Shown here piece after piece: positions 21,271 through 30,640 of a stretch of DNA of 64,000 nt (positions within the stretch are counted from its first letter, which is position 1; each line of letters starts with the position of its first letter). Origin of the DNA: Candidatus Sysuiplasma jiujiangense (GTDB taxonomy: Archaea > Thermoplasmatota > Thermoplasmata > Sysuiplasmatales > Sysuiplasmataceae); assembly GCA_019721075.1 (NCBI GenBank), contig JAHEAD010000001.1, forward strand, positions 186,001 through 250,000, written 5' to 3'. The notes beneath the pieces were generated by a model. It had not been told where the DNA came from and did not search any database. It saw only the letters and a program-made list of their open reading frames with translations. Both the position numbers and the translations under genes were made by a program.

Positions 21271-22140
21271 CTATCTGCCGTCTACGACTGTGCTCTCATA
21301 ACCTGCATCAGATACCGCTTTAGCCGCGTCTTCCGGTCTGATAGCTCTGGGAATCTTCGCGGTCGCCCTTTTATCCTTCAGAGATACCATGGCCGATTCG
21401 GCCCCAATTCCTTCAAGGGCCGACTTTACGGTCGTTACACAACTGTCGCACGTCATTCCTTCAATCTTGAGAGTGACGTCGGTAAAATCCACGTCGTCGC
21501 CTTTGAGTTTGTTTGCTACTACGGAAAGTTGAGACTTAACACGAGGTTCCTTTACCTGTTTAAGAAATTTTCCCACAATTCCGGGAAGATATTCCCTGCA
21601 GCATTTACCGCTTGGATTGGTTACAAAACACCATTTTCCGGTACCTGCCCTCGTATATTCCTCAATATCCTCGAGAGAATCACAACATCCTTTGTTAAGT
21701 ATCTCGTTCTTTATGTCGTCCTCCGTAATGCCAATACAGTAACATACAGGCCTGGGAGAAGCCAATTCCTTGAGTGCGTAAGGCGTTTTCACTTCATCAC
21801 TGAAGAAATATATCCCGTCCCGGTTGCTGTAATAAATTACATCGCAGCTAGACTCTGAAGAAAAGCGATATGAGTCATTTATGAGAGCCCAGTATTTTAC
21901 ATCCACATGATTTCTTATTGTGGTAGGGAAAGCTTTCGTTCCCTTTGTACCGCAGACGAGGCAATATTTTTCCTCATCACCTTTGTCAGCCAATGTAGCT
22001 TCCAGAAACTCCTTTGATGGAGTCACTCTCTTTCCTGTCACTGATTTCATTCTAAATTCATCTCTGTTCATTCTTAATCCGGCAAAGGTCCGCAAATCAG
22101 CTTTATCGTTTTCATTTGTTGCTGAGGCAATCTGCTTCAA
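21271..22140 (-). CDS. copZ: CopZ-type copper chaperone: Zn/[2Fe-2S] N-terminal domain plus C-terminal HMA domain
   Basis: CLVCG, PVCYC and GKWCFVTNPSGKCC as in Archaeoglobus CopZ-NT; HMA motif GMTCDSC. Confidence 0.85.
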   Translation of the reverse strand: MKQIASATNENDKADLRTFAGLRMNRDEFRMKSVTGKRVTPSKEFLEATLADKGDEEKYCLVCGTKGTKAFPTTIRNHVDVKYWALINDSYRFSSESSCDVIYYSNRDGIYFFSDEVKTPYALKELASPRPVCYCIGITEDDIKNEILNKGCCDSLEDIEEYTRAGTGKWCFVTNPSGKCCREYLPGIVGKFLKQVKEPRVKSQLSVVANKLKGDDVDFTDVTLKIEGMTCDSCVTTVKSALEGIGAESAMVSLKDKRATAKIPRAIRPEDAAKAVSDAGYESTVVDGR

Positions 22141-22227
22141 TCACTTAATCAGGCGTCTCTTTAAGAATTGATCTATTATCAGCGCACTTATGTCGAGTAC
22201 AACAATTATTTCACCCCCCATAACCCC

Positions 22228-22595
22228 TGTGGCCAAACTCAATGAGACACAAATCCGTTTCATCTGCAATCATATCGTTCACAGGAAAGACTGGCCTGTC
22301 TCACCTGACGCCATACAGTATGGCGTTACCGCAAGGAGGGTGAGGCAGCTGGTTTGCACAGTACATGAGGACAGGCATCTGTCCTGTGCTGAAACAGCCT
22401 GGCAGGAATGCATCGGCACCCCACACAGCAGAGGAGAGGAATGCAACAGACACTGTCTGTAACGAAATACGGCTGGGCGCACGCCTCCTGTTCAGGGAGC
22501 TGAGGAGGCGCGGATACCGCATACCGCATCATAAGCTCAACGAATACCTTATCGACACCGGCAGGGCGGTGCCCAATCTGGAAACGCCGTTCTAA
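22228..22595 (+). pseudogene. IS481-like transposase N-terminal remnant
   Basis: KLNETQIRFI...YGVTARRVRQL, a frameshift, then TGICPVLKQPGR...RLGARLL...IPHHKL. No catalytic core follows. Confidence 0.6.
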
Positions 22596-23401
22596 TTTTT
22601 GCCATTTTCTCCGGAGAAATACTTGCCAGATTCGCCGACGAATAGTTTCCAGAATCGCCGGTGAATATTTGCCACCCGGGCACCCTTCCTGGTGTCCCGG
22701 GAGGCGAGAAAATTCTGGACCGGCACTTACACCAGCAAGGAGGGGCATTTCAGCAACTGGAAGAAACACGTTGCTGCAGCTAAGACTGATAGTCTGCGGC
22801 TTCTGCAATGTGGACCTGTTCCTGACGCGCAACCTCTGCACAGTACTGGCTGTGACGCTCAGCAGGCTACGGCACGGCGTGAAGAATCATCCTTCATTCG
22901 TTGCATATCTGAGCAACGGTGCGGGTGTGGCGCCATAGCACACAAATATATGGTGAAAGAGGAACACATTTACGATTGAAGAGGAGGGGACAGGGAATGA
23001 GATAGCTGTCTAATGGAGAAGCGCCCTCGTTGGAAAGACCTGATCACTAAACTTTGTGCCGGGATAAAGGCCAAAATAGGTGGAAAAGGAATACTGAGCG
23101 AAAATCTTCTGGCTCTCAAATGTAAAGAATCGGAGAAGCTAAATCTCGTTGCGAAACAGGTAAATGGCGGAGATATATGTCTGCTGAATTTTCACTCACA
23201 GGAGGAGTGAGGAACTTGGGAACATTCTCATTCCGCTTTTTGACCGGATGGATGGGAGGAAAACGCTTATGACTGATTGGCACGGTTCTTATATTAACAT
23301 GCTGAATGTTGTTTGTTTGTTCGGCGACAAGATTATTTTATGATGAAATTTACTGCAATTTTCAGCTATCGTTAAAATTATTGAATGTAGCTGGCATAAT
23401 T

Positions 23402-23875
23402 ATGGTGAATACAAAAACTGAGATATTTAAAGGAAAAAGTCCAGAAGTTCATAAACAGGAAAGATTGAAAAAATTTTCTCTCTTTCTTGTTGTTTTCACA
23501 ATTATGATGATAGTGATCACAGTCCAAAAGAGTTTTCTTCTGGCACCTCCTTATGCGGTTTCGGCATATCTGCTGATTTTTGAAAGAGAAAGCAAATTTT
23601 CAAGACCCGAAAATATTGCTGTTTCGTACGTATTCGTCATCATAAGTTCTGAGGCAATACACCTGATTTTGGGAATTGACTTTACTGCACTTATGCTTAA
23701 TATGTTGGTTGTTTCTGCATTCATTTCGTTTACAAAATACAGTCATCCGCCAGCACTTGCCCTGACCATCTTTTCCTACATAGTACATAATTCGACAGAT
23801 TTTATCTACACATCGCTTATTGTGCTTGCAATAATAGTAATCTCCGACCTGTTGATTAAAAAGTATATATACTGA
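23402..23875 (+). CDS. HPP family membrane protein
   Basis: LLAPPYAVSA, FSRPENI and HPPALA motifs. Confidence 0.85.
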   Translation: MVNTKTEIFKGKSPEVHKQERLKKFSLFLVVFTIMMIVITVQKSFLLAPPYAVSAYLLIFERESKFSRPENIAVSYVFVIISSEAIHLILGIDFTALMLNMLVVSAFISFTKYSHPPALALTIFSYIVHNSTDFIYTSLIVLAIIVISDLLIKKYIY

Positions 23876-23979
23876 TGGCTACACCACCCCTGATGACGAC
23901 TTTCACCGTCAGTGGAAATAGACAAAATTAGTCCGGAATATCGTAATTCGATATTCACCTAATATAGCGGTTCAGCGGT

Positions 23980-24318
23980 TCAGGAAATACGGAGTCCAGG
24001 TTGAACATCCCTTTCTGGTTCAAGGAGAACTACCTCGCCTCCACCGGTATGTACACCTAAAACCAAGACCTCTGACAAGTAGTTTGCAATCTGCTTGGGC
24101 TTTAGATTTACGACCGCTATGACCTTCCTGTTGATAAGTTCGTCAGGCCTGTAAAGTGCAGTAATCTGTGCGCTGCTGTGCTTTAGTCCCAGAGATCCAA
24201 AGTCAATGAGAAGCTTGTAAGCGGGCTTCCTAGCCTCATTAAAATAAGTGGCTTCCTTCACAATGCCGACCCTCATATCAACGGCGCTGAAAGTATCTGA
24301 GTCTATCTGCTCTATCAT
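23980..24318 (-). CDS. csaA: CsaA tRNA-binding/export chaperone (OB fold)
   Basis: DMRVG, ARKPAYKL.IDFG..G.K.SSAQIT, VVNLKPKQIA...SEVLVLG. Confidence 0.92.
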   Translation of the reverse strand: MIEQIDSDTFSAVDMRVGIVKEATYFNEARKPAYKLLIDFGSLGLKHSSAQITALYRPDELINRKVIAVVNLKPKQIANYLSEVLVLGVHTGGGEVVLLEPERDVQPGLRIS

Positions 24319-24718
24319 AGCAAAAAAACAAATTGTTTCAGTTATTTAATTTAAACTGTAAAACCTGTTGGACTTAAACCAATGAAATATATACCTGCAC
24401 ATAACCATTAAATTTTAACCCAATAAGTCTCGACTTCGGAGACGGCAATAAAAATAACCACTGAAAATTCAACACTCATAGCAGGCTGCACCGCATTGGC
24501 AGTGAAACACATACTTGACAACAGCACTCCTGAGTAGAGTATGTAACTTCATTTCCCTGCCACAGTACCTGCAGATCTTATTCGTCAAATCACCAGTGAT
24601 TACTGCATACCATGGGACGGACCATATATAACTGGTATGCTAAATGCGAACTAACGCGGTTGGCACGCGATTGTAAGCACAGATATCGGCCAAAACTAAT
24701 TCGAGCAAAACCTGTCGA

Positions 24719-25075
24719 TCAGGAACCGCAGCCGCAACCGCAGCCTCCGCCGCCACAACTGCAGCCGGCGCCGTTGCTCACTCTGGCATTGGGATTATTT
24801 ATCGTGAAGCCGCCGCCTTCGATGGTTTCTACATAGTCGATCTGAGTGCCTTCCAGATGATTGGCGCTCTCCTTATCAACGACTATCTTGACACCATCCT
24901 GAACAAGTTCTATGTCTTGGGAAGGATCGGTATTTTCATCAAACGCCATACCGTATCTGAAGCCGTGGTCAGCAGCAGTCATATACACCCTGAGTAGAAG
25001 GTTCTTATTATCCTGTTCGGCGATAAGAGACTTGACCTTGTCTGTTGCCTTTTCGGTCAATACTAAACTGACCAT
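24719..25075 (-). CDS. A-type Fe-S carrier (IscA/SufA/HesB family)
   Basis: LTEKA, F.YGMAFD, IDYVE...GGF.I.NPN, and a Cys/Gly-rich tail CSCGGGGCGCGCGS. The usual GGCSG Cys is absent. Confidence 0.85.
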   Translation of the reverse strand: MVSLVLTEKATDKVKSLIAEQDNKNLLLRVYMTAADHGFRYGMAFDENTDPSQDIELVQDGVKIVVDKESANHLEGTQIDYVETIEGGGFTINNPNARVSNGAGCSCGGGGCGCGCGS

Positions 25076-25338
25076 TTTATATCACAGTGATTTGATTGAG
25101 GTCAAACTATTTAAATTTTGAGAAGCGGAAGGAGATACACAATTTCCAATACACAAAGAAATTCATCCCTTCAAATCGTTGACTGACAGCAAGTTCGGCG
25201 ATACAGTGCCCAGTGAACAAGAATGATAAAATTGATGATGTAAAACCACAATTTCCAATACGCAGCTTTAAGGATTTTAGTGCATTAGACCGCCCAAAAT
25301 AGATGGACACCATGAAGGTCGATAATCGGAGGTGGTAA

Positions 25339-27552
25339 TTGTTGGCAAGAAGCGAAATTTCCACGGAAGCCACATTTCATTTTGAAAATTCGGACGGGAA
25401 TATGACATTCCTCGCATTCCGGCATGGCGGAAGTAACATACTGAGGTTGAGCATAGGAAGGCGAAAGAATTTTACCAGACGCGGTAGAACCGTAAAAGCC
25501 ACACTTGGCAAATTCCTGATCAAAGAAACAGGCGATCGCTCGCTTCAGATAGCCTATGAAGGAAAGTTGATTTTCATTATACCTGGCAATCTCCCGCCCG
25601 GCAAGAGAGGTTTCCCTGAAAATCTTTCCGCGTCTGAAAACAGCATTAAGATTCCTTTCGAAATTTCAGATAACGAAGGTATATATGGACTGGGTGAATT
25701 TTTTGGCGACCTGAATAAAAATGGACAGAATTTAAGCGTGAATGTCAAGGATGCTTTCGGACTACCGAATGACGAAACCTATGTAACGTATCCGTTCTTC
25801 TGGAGCACAGGAGGGTATGGTCTTTTCGTTAATTCGACCAGGATTGTTGACTTTGATTTCGGTCATAATTTCAAAGGTATCGGTGAGATTAGTGTCAGAC
25901 AAAAGACTGCAGAACTTTTTCTGTACGCCGGCAGACCCAATGAAATTATCGCAGCGTACTGGAAAACAACAGGAAAACCGAAACTCCCCCCACTCTGGTC
26001 TTACGGACTCTGGATGAGCCGCTGCTCATATAAGAATCACAGGGAACTGGTTTCAGTAGCCAGGGAAATGAGAAGGAGGAAAATTCCCTGTGACGTAATT
26101 CATCTCGATCCGGACTGGCTCAGAAGACCGGTGCCTTATTCGATCAAGGAGATGATGAGGAAAAAAGGGGGCAATAATGCGGCATATGGAGATTACTACG
26201 GCAACCAAGATGTGCTGCTCAGCAGGATTGCGGCAGACTATCCGGATGAGATCAAGGAGATGGGATATCCTGGAGAAGGATGCACTTTTGAATGGGACCC
26301 TGATAAATTTCCGAATCCATCCAAAACGATCGAAGAACTGCATAAACTGTCTTTCAAGCTCTCTCTCTGGATAAATCCGTATATTCCCAGGGGATCGAAG
26401 GCATTTGACGAACTGCTCGTCAATGGACTCATGGTAAGCGATGAAGGAGGGGTTCCTATAACGATGTTTGACCACATAACACATGATTTCGGGGCTGTAG
26501 ACTTCACGAATCCGGATGCAAAGAAGTGGTTTGCAAATGAAATTGACAAACTCCTCGATCTTGGCGTTGACGTATTGAAAACAGATTACGGCGAAGGGGC
26601 ACCGTATTTCGGAAAATATAATGGAATGGAGGCAGAGGATGCGCATAACATATATCCCACGCTTTACAACGAGACTGTATTCGAAGCAGTGAGCAGGAGG
26701 AAGGGTGTTGGGATGGTATGGGGGAGAAGCGGCGGCCTGGGAATACATCAGTATCCAGTGCAGTGGGGAGGAGATCCACGTTGTTTTGAGAGGGACATGC
26801 TGGCATCTCTCAGAGGTGCACTGTCCTATGCTCTCTCTGGGGGTGCGTTCATGAGCTTTGATATTGGCGGCTTCGCAGGAAAACCATCGCCTGAACTCTA
26901 TATCAGATGGGCTGAGATGGGACTTCTCTTTTCGCATTCCAGAGCACATGGAAACACTCCGAGAGAGCCCTGGCATTTCGGAAAGAAGGCTCAGGAGATA
27001 TTCACCAAGTATGACAGATTGAGATACTCCCTCATTCCTTATCTTTACTGGCAATCGGCAAAGTCACTTAACGAAGGCAAGACGCTTGTCAGGGCAATCG
27101 TTTCTGAATTTGTAGACGATCCCTTTACAAGAGATATACAGGATGAATACATGCTGGGCGACTACATGCTTGTCGCGCCCATAGTTTCCGGGAAGGAGAG
27201 AAAAGTCTATCTGCCGGATGGCAAATGGTTTGATTTCTGGACAGGTAGATGCATTGAAGGCCCTTCAGTGATAGACTATTTTGCACCGCTGGAGACGATT
27301 CCCGTTTTCGTAAGGGACGGTGCGATACTTGTGACATCTGAAGGCTATCCGCAGTTTACGGATGAGACCATTTTCGGAACGTTGAAAATCACCATTTATG
27401 GTGATATAAGAGAGAGAGTACTGTCCTTTGGCGGCTACGGTGAATTGAAAATTGATTTGAACGGAAAAGGAATTGTGGTGAAGGGGACAGGATTGCTTGC
27501 ATCAGCCAGGATCAGTATAAAGAAAATGAGGAAATGTGAAAAAATTAAATAA
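25339..27552 (+). CDS. GH31 glycoside hydrolase (YicI/alpha-xylosidase-like)
   Basis: YGLGE, GLWMSR, nucleophile KTDYGE, acid/base WGGD, DIGGF, HSRAHG. Confidence 0.9.
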   Translation: MLARSEISTEATFHFENSDGNMTFLAFRHGGSNILRLSIGRRKNFTRRGRTVKATLGKFLIKETGDRSLQIAYEGKLIFIIPGNLPPGKRGFPENLSASENSIKIPFEISDNEGIYGLGEFFGDLNKNGQNLSVNVKDAFGLPNDETYVTYPFFWSTGGYGLFVNSTRIVDFDFGHNFKGIGEISVRQKTAELFLYAGRPNEIIAAYWKTTGKPKLPPLWSYGLWMSRCSYKNHRELVSVAREMRRRKIPCDVIHLDPDWLRRPVPYSIKEMMRKKGGNNAAYGDYYGNQDVLLSRIAADYPDEIKEMGYPGEGCTFEWDPDKFPNPSKTIEELHKLSFKLSLWINPYIPRGSKAFDELLVNGLMVSDEGGVPITMFDHITHDFGAVDFTNPDAKKWFANEIDKLLDLGVDVLKTDYGEGAPYFGKYNGMEAEDAHNIYPTLYNETVFEAVSRRKGVGMVWGRSGGLGIHQYPVQWGGDPRCFERDMLASLRGALSYALSGGAFMSFDIGGFAGKPSPELYIRWAEMGLLFSHSRAHGNTPREPWHFGKKAQEIFTKYDRLRYSLIPYLYWQSAKSLNEGKTLVRAIVSEFVDDPFTRDIQDEYMLGDYMLVAPIVSGKERKVYLPDGKWFDFWTGRCIEGPSVIDYFAPLETIPVFVRDGAILVTSEGYPQFTDETIFGTLKITIYGDIRERVLSFGGYGELKIDLNGKGIVVKGTGLLASARISIKKMRKCEKIK

Positions 27553-27576
27553 ATTTAGGGGAAGTGAAGCTGTTTT

Positions 27577-29775
27577 TCACTGCCCTTCCTTTTTCTTCTC
27601 TATTGACTTGCCGAACAGACCGGATTTCTTTGCGATATATGCAACAGCCGCTATTGCAACGACAATTATGACAACAAGCGCGATGATGAGGTAGAACAGA
27701 TTCGTGGCAGTGACTGGAGGATAAACCTGCGTGAATTTCATAGTGAGTGTTGTTGCACCAGTTACAGTCAGTGACTGCACCAGTTTCTGCGATACCGGTG
27801 TAAGGTCGTAAGTTGTGTAGAACGATGCCGTTACTGCATAACTGCCTCCGGCGACTTCGAATGTGGCATAGCCGCTGCTTGATGTAACTGCAGACAGGAT
27901 GGTTCCTGTTTCGTTGCTGTATATATTAACAACGACATTCCCGAGAGGCTGTCCGGCGGCCGTGACTGCTCTGACAGTCACCGTGTATATTGAAGCGTTG
28001 AGAACCATAGCAGGTGCAGTCGGGTTGTTGAGCAGAACCTGTCTGTTCTGGTAGACAAGAATGCCCTTCCAGTAAACAAAGACGGAGTATGAACCGTAAG
28101 GTATCACCGATGATGCAAGGCCTGAGGCGTTTGTAGTGTTGAAGCCTATGTCGGTTCCCGTCGTCGTATTAACAACGAGCACGTTTGCTGTCGGAACCGC
28201 AGTTCCCGAAGCACTGACTACTTTGAATGTCTGGCTGAATGCATTTACATTCACAGGTATGTTTCCGTTGGCATTGAAGTCAATAGAACCGCTGAATACA
28301 AGGGAGCTGTGCCAGTAGACAACCGTGGAGTAGTTTCCGCCTGCCATTTCGTCGAGCGGATAAGAACCGTTGCTTGAAGTGACAAGGAGAGGCAGGGCAG
28401 TTCCGTTTGGCGATGTCAGATATACGAAAGCATCCGTGAGAGGCATTCCGGACTGATCCTCAAATATGTATGTAGGCGAATACACCTTTGCCTTCAGTGT
28501 GAAAGCATAACTGGTGTTGTTGACAGCAACAGCAAATGCGCCTACATTTACTTGCTGCCAGTATACTTCAACGGTGTAATTGCCACCAAACAGGAATAGA
28601 CCTGCCACGCCGGTGCCATTGGTGCGATTGGATGCGATGAAGGAGGCTGAATAGTATGCCCTGACAACAGCCCCGTTCAGTGTTTTTCCAAGAGTGTCCT
28701 GAACAGTGAAAACCGCCTTAACCGGTGGCAGTCCGACAGACAGTTGCAGGCTCCCGTGTGCGTTCCTTCCATAGATCACGCCAAGCGAGGCCAGATAATT
28801 GTGCATTGTGTTGTCGGTGCCATTTACGGTTATCGTGTAAATACCGAGGGCGAAGCCACTGTAATTGAATTCGAATTTATACAACTCGTAGTAGCTGTTG
28901 ACTGAAAAAACGGTAACTGCAGTCATAAAACCTCTTACGACGGTGGCAGTGGAATTGCTGATTGTGTAATCCACGGGCCATGAGTAGAAATCGTACGCCC
29001 CGAGAGGGTCTGTCAGGTTTGCATAGACAGTAATATTCTTATTTGTCGCATTGCTGGGCAGAGAATATACTTGTGTGCCGGCGCTGTTGACCGCATACAT
29101 GTTGCTGACTTCAAGATAGGATGAGGCAGAAACTACCGTTTCTGAATAATAGTATGTATTTTTTACATGCCCCCACAACGCATTGTAAGTCTGGCTTGTA
29201 CCGCCGTTCACCACTATAACGAAGGAGAGGCTGAAGTTTGTCTTAACTGTCATGTTTACAGTGGGACCGGTTATTCTGATCAGTGTTGGTGCCGTGCCGG
29301 GATAGGTGACTGATGTCGAAGTTGCAGGCCCCGTAGCTACTAATTGAGATGTTCCGTTGGGAGCGTCCAGGTAAAGAGACATTGTTATATGCCCGGATGT
29401 GGGGGCTGAACCGTTCTGCGTCATATACAAATAAGTGAACATTGTGCCGTTCAACTGCAGTGGACCTGACAGTTGCGGATATAGCGTGAAGTTAAGAGAC
29501 AGGTAATGTACCGCTGAAATATTGTCTCCAGAATTGGCATACTTGGCAACAGTGTCATTGAGTGTGTTCGCAATATGAAGATGCGGGGCACCTCCCACAG
29601 TAACGGGCGAGGAGAGATTGTGGAAATAAACGGTAAGGTTGGTTGGCGTTGGAGGGTTGCCTGCATACGGAGATGCGAATGCTGTTGTTACCGCGCCCTG
29701 GGTCACAATTAAAGCTGAAACAATAATCAGCGCCGTCAATAATCCTGCCTTAATGGAGGTGCTTAAGCTCTTCAT
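27577..29775 (-). CDS. Cell-surface glycoprotein with repeated carboxypeptidase-regulatory/transthyretin-like beta domains and a C-terminal TM anchor
   Basis: Signal peptide, many N-x-S/T sequons, repeats of G.PL..A.V...T...G...GxY.V.VYW, TM helix plus basic tail. Confidence 0.75.
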   Translation of the reverse strand: MKSLSTSIKAGLLTALIIVSALIVTQGAVTTAFASPYAGNPPTPTNLTVYFHNLSSPVTVGGAPHLHIANTLNDTVAKYANSGDNISAVHYLSLNFTLYPQLSGPLQLNGTMFTYLYMTQNGSAPTSGHITMSLYLDAPNGTSQLVATGPATSTSVTYPGTAPTLIRITGPTVNMTVKTNFSLSFVIVVNGGTSQTYNALWGHVKNTYYYSETVVSASSYLEVSNMYAVNSAGTQVYSLPSNATNKNITVYANLTDPLGAYDFYSWPVDYTISNSTATVVRGFMTAVTVFSVNSYYELYKFEFNYSGFALGIYTITVNGTDNTMHNYLASLGVIYGRNAHGSLQLSVGLPPVKAVFTVQDTLGKTLNGAVVRAYYSASFIASNRTNGTGVAGLFLFGGNYTVEVYWQQVNVGAFAVAVNNTSYAFTLKAKVYSPTYIFEDQSGMPLTDAFVYLTSPNGTALPLLVTSSNGSYPLDEMAGGNYSTVVYWHSSLVFSGSIDFNANGNIPVNVNAFSQTFKVVSASGTAVPTANVLVVNTTTGTDIGFNTTNASGLASSVIPYGSYSVFVYWKGILVYQNRQVLLNNPTAPAMVLNASIYTVTVRAVTAAGQPLGNVVVNIYSNETGTILSAVTSSSGYATFEVAGGSYAVTASFYTTYDLTPVSQKLVQSLTVTGATTLTMKFTQVYPPVTATNLFYLIIALVVIIVVAIAAVAYIAKKSGLFGKSIEKKKEGQ

Positions 29776-29926
29776 AATTCTCGGCTTAATTTTCTTCAAA
29801 CCCATATATAAGACAACAGCTGTCATTTGCGTCCTTCGATACTTGTCAAAGCCAGCATCACAAAACAGAAACTTTGCAATTTAAGGCAAGGATCTGTCCA
29901 GTAGCAATGTTCTTTATCGCTGGCAT

Positions 29927-30640
29927 TTACAATACACCAGAAGAAGAGGGCTTCCTCAGGAGCAGCGACACCGTGTGTGACACGAGCTTATTCCCGGCCG
30001 GTGTATTCCTGCGCCTCAGGCACTCTTCCCAATCCACCAAAGCAAAAGGAGCGAAAAGTTCCGTCAGATCCTGTCTTGATAGAAACCGGCAGGCGGAAAG
30101 GTCGCCCGTTTCAGATGCGCTGAACGAATGTCGCGCTCTTGAGTCCATTGGGCCCCTTTCTTCGATTATGAGGAAACCGCCTTCCCTTAAAACTGCAGAG
30201 AAAGACAGCGAGAGCTGTTGAATCTCCTCCTTCATGTAACCTTCCATAATCTGCCTTGTAAGAATCACGTTAAAGCTGCCTGATGGGAAGGGTAGAGAAA
30301 ACATGTCTGAACATATGATCTGCATACCCTTCTTGCACCTAAGAAGTGCTTCCATGCAGATGTCCACTCCGGTTACTTCAGGAATATTCCTTTCAGCGAA
30401 GAATTTCATGGAGTGCAGATGCCGGATTGTTCTGCCGGTTCCGCATCCGACGTCAAGCACGCTCATACCGTCCTCCAGGTATGCTTGAAGGACACGTGAT
30501 GCAAAATCGTTCAAGGGACAGCCGCCAATTTCCATACCGCTCGAATAAACATTTGCCCATTTCTCAACGACAGGATGTTTTTGCACAAAATGACAAGAAC
30601 CAGTCTTCCTGGAAATAACCGCTTCTTCCACAGGCTTCAC
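29927..30640 (-). CDS. Class I SAM-dependent methyltransferase
   Basis: VLDVGCGTG and LPFPSGSF motifs; overlaps the valS stop. Confidence 0.85.
   Translation of the reverse strand: MKPVEEAVISRKTGSCHFVQKHPVVEKWANVYSSGMEIGGCPLNDFASRVLQAYLEDGMSVLDVGCGTGRTIRHLHSMKFFAERNIPEVTGVDICMEALLRCKKGMQIICSDMFSLPFPSGSFNVILTRQIMEGYMKEEIQQLSLSFSAVLREGGFLIIEERGPMDSRARHSFSASETGDLSACRFLSRQDLTELFAPFALVDWEECLRRRNTPAGNKLVSHTVSLLLRKPSSSGVL

Larger units (their letters stand above)
15514..23250. mobile_element. Decayed integrative island at tRNA-Gly (distal boundary uncertain)
   Basis: Integrase remnant abutting the tRNA, three IS remnants, low coding density, and transporter/metal cargo genes. Confidence 0.55.

Noticed and set aside
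22600..23250. Several short ORFs after the IS481 remnant
   Set aside because: No consistent frame or motif. Probably decayed island sequence, and I could not assign a family.
23888..23920. CTGATGA...GAAA, resembling a hammerhead core or a C box
   Set aside because: Stem II geometry and stems I/III do not form, and no D box follows. A simple hairpin between convergent genes explains it.
24722..24775. GCC/GCA-rich short tandem repeat
   Set aside because: It is the coding sequence of the Cys/Gly tail of the A-type carrier, not an independent repeat.
15514..25300. Second att site duplicating the tRNA-Gly 3' end
   Set aside because: No copy was found by eye, so the distal island boundary stays undefined.
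26053..27054. 333-aa antisense ORF, and similar shadow ORFs such as 61198-61947 and 42563-43147
   Set aside because: They lie wholly opposite well-supported genes and have no recognisable motifs.
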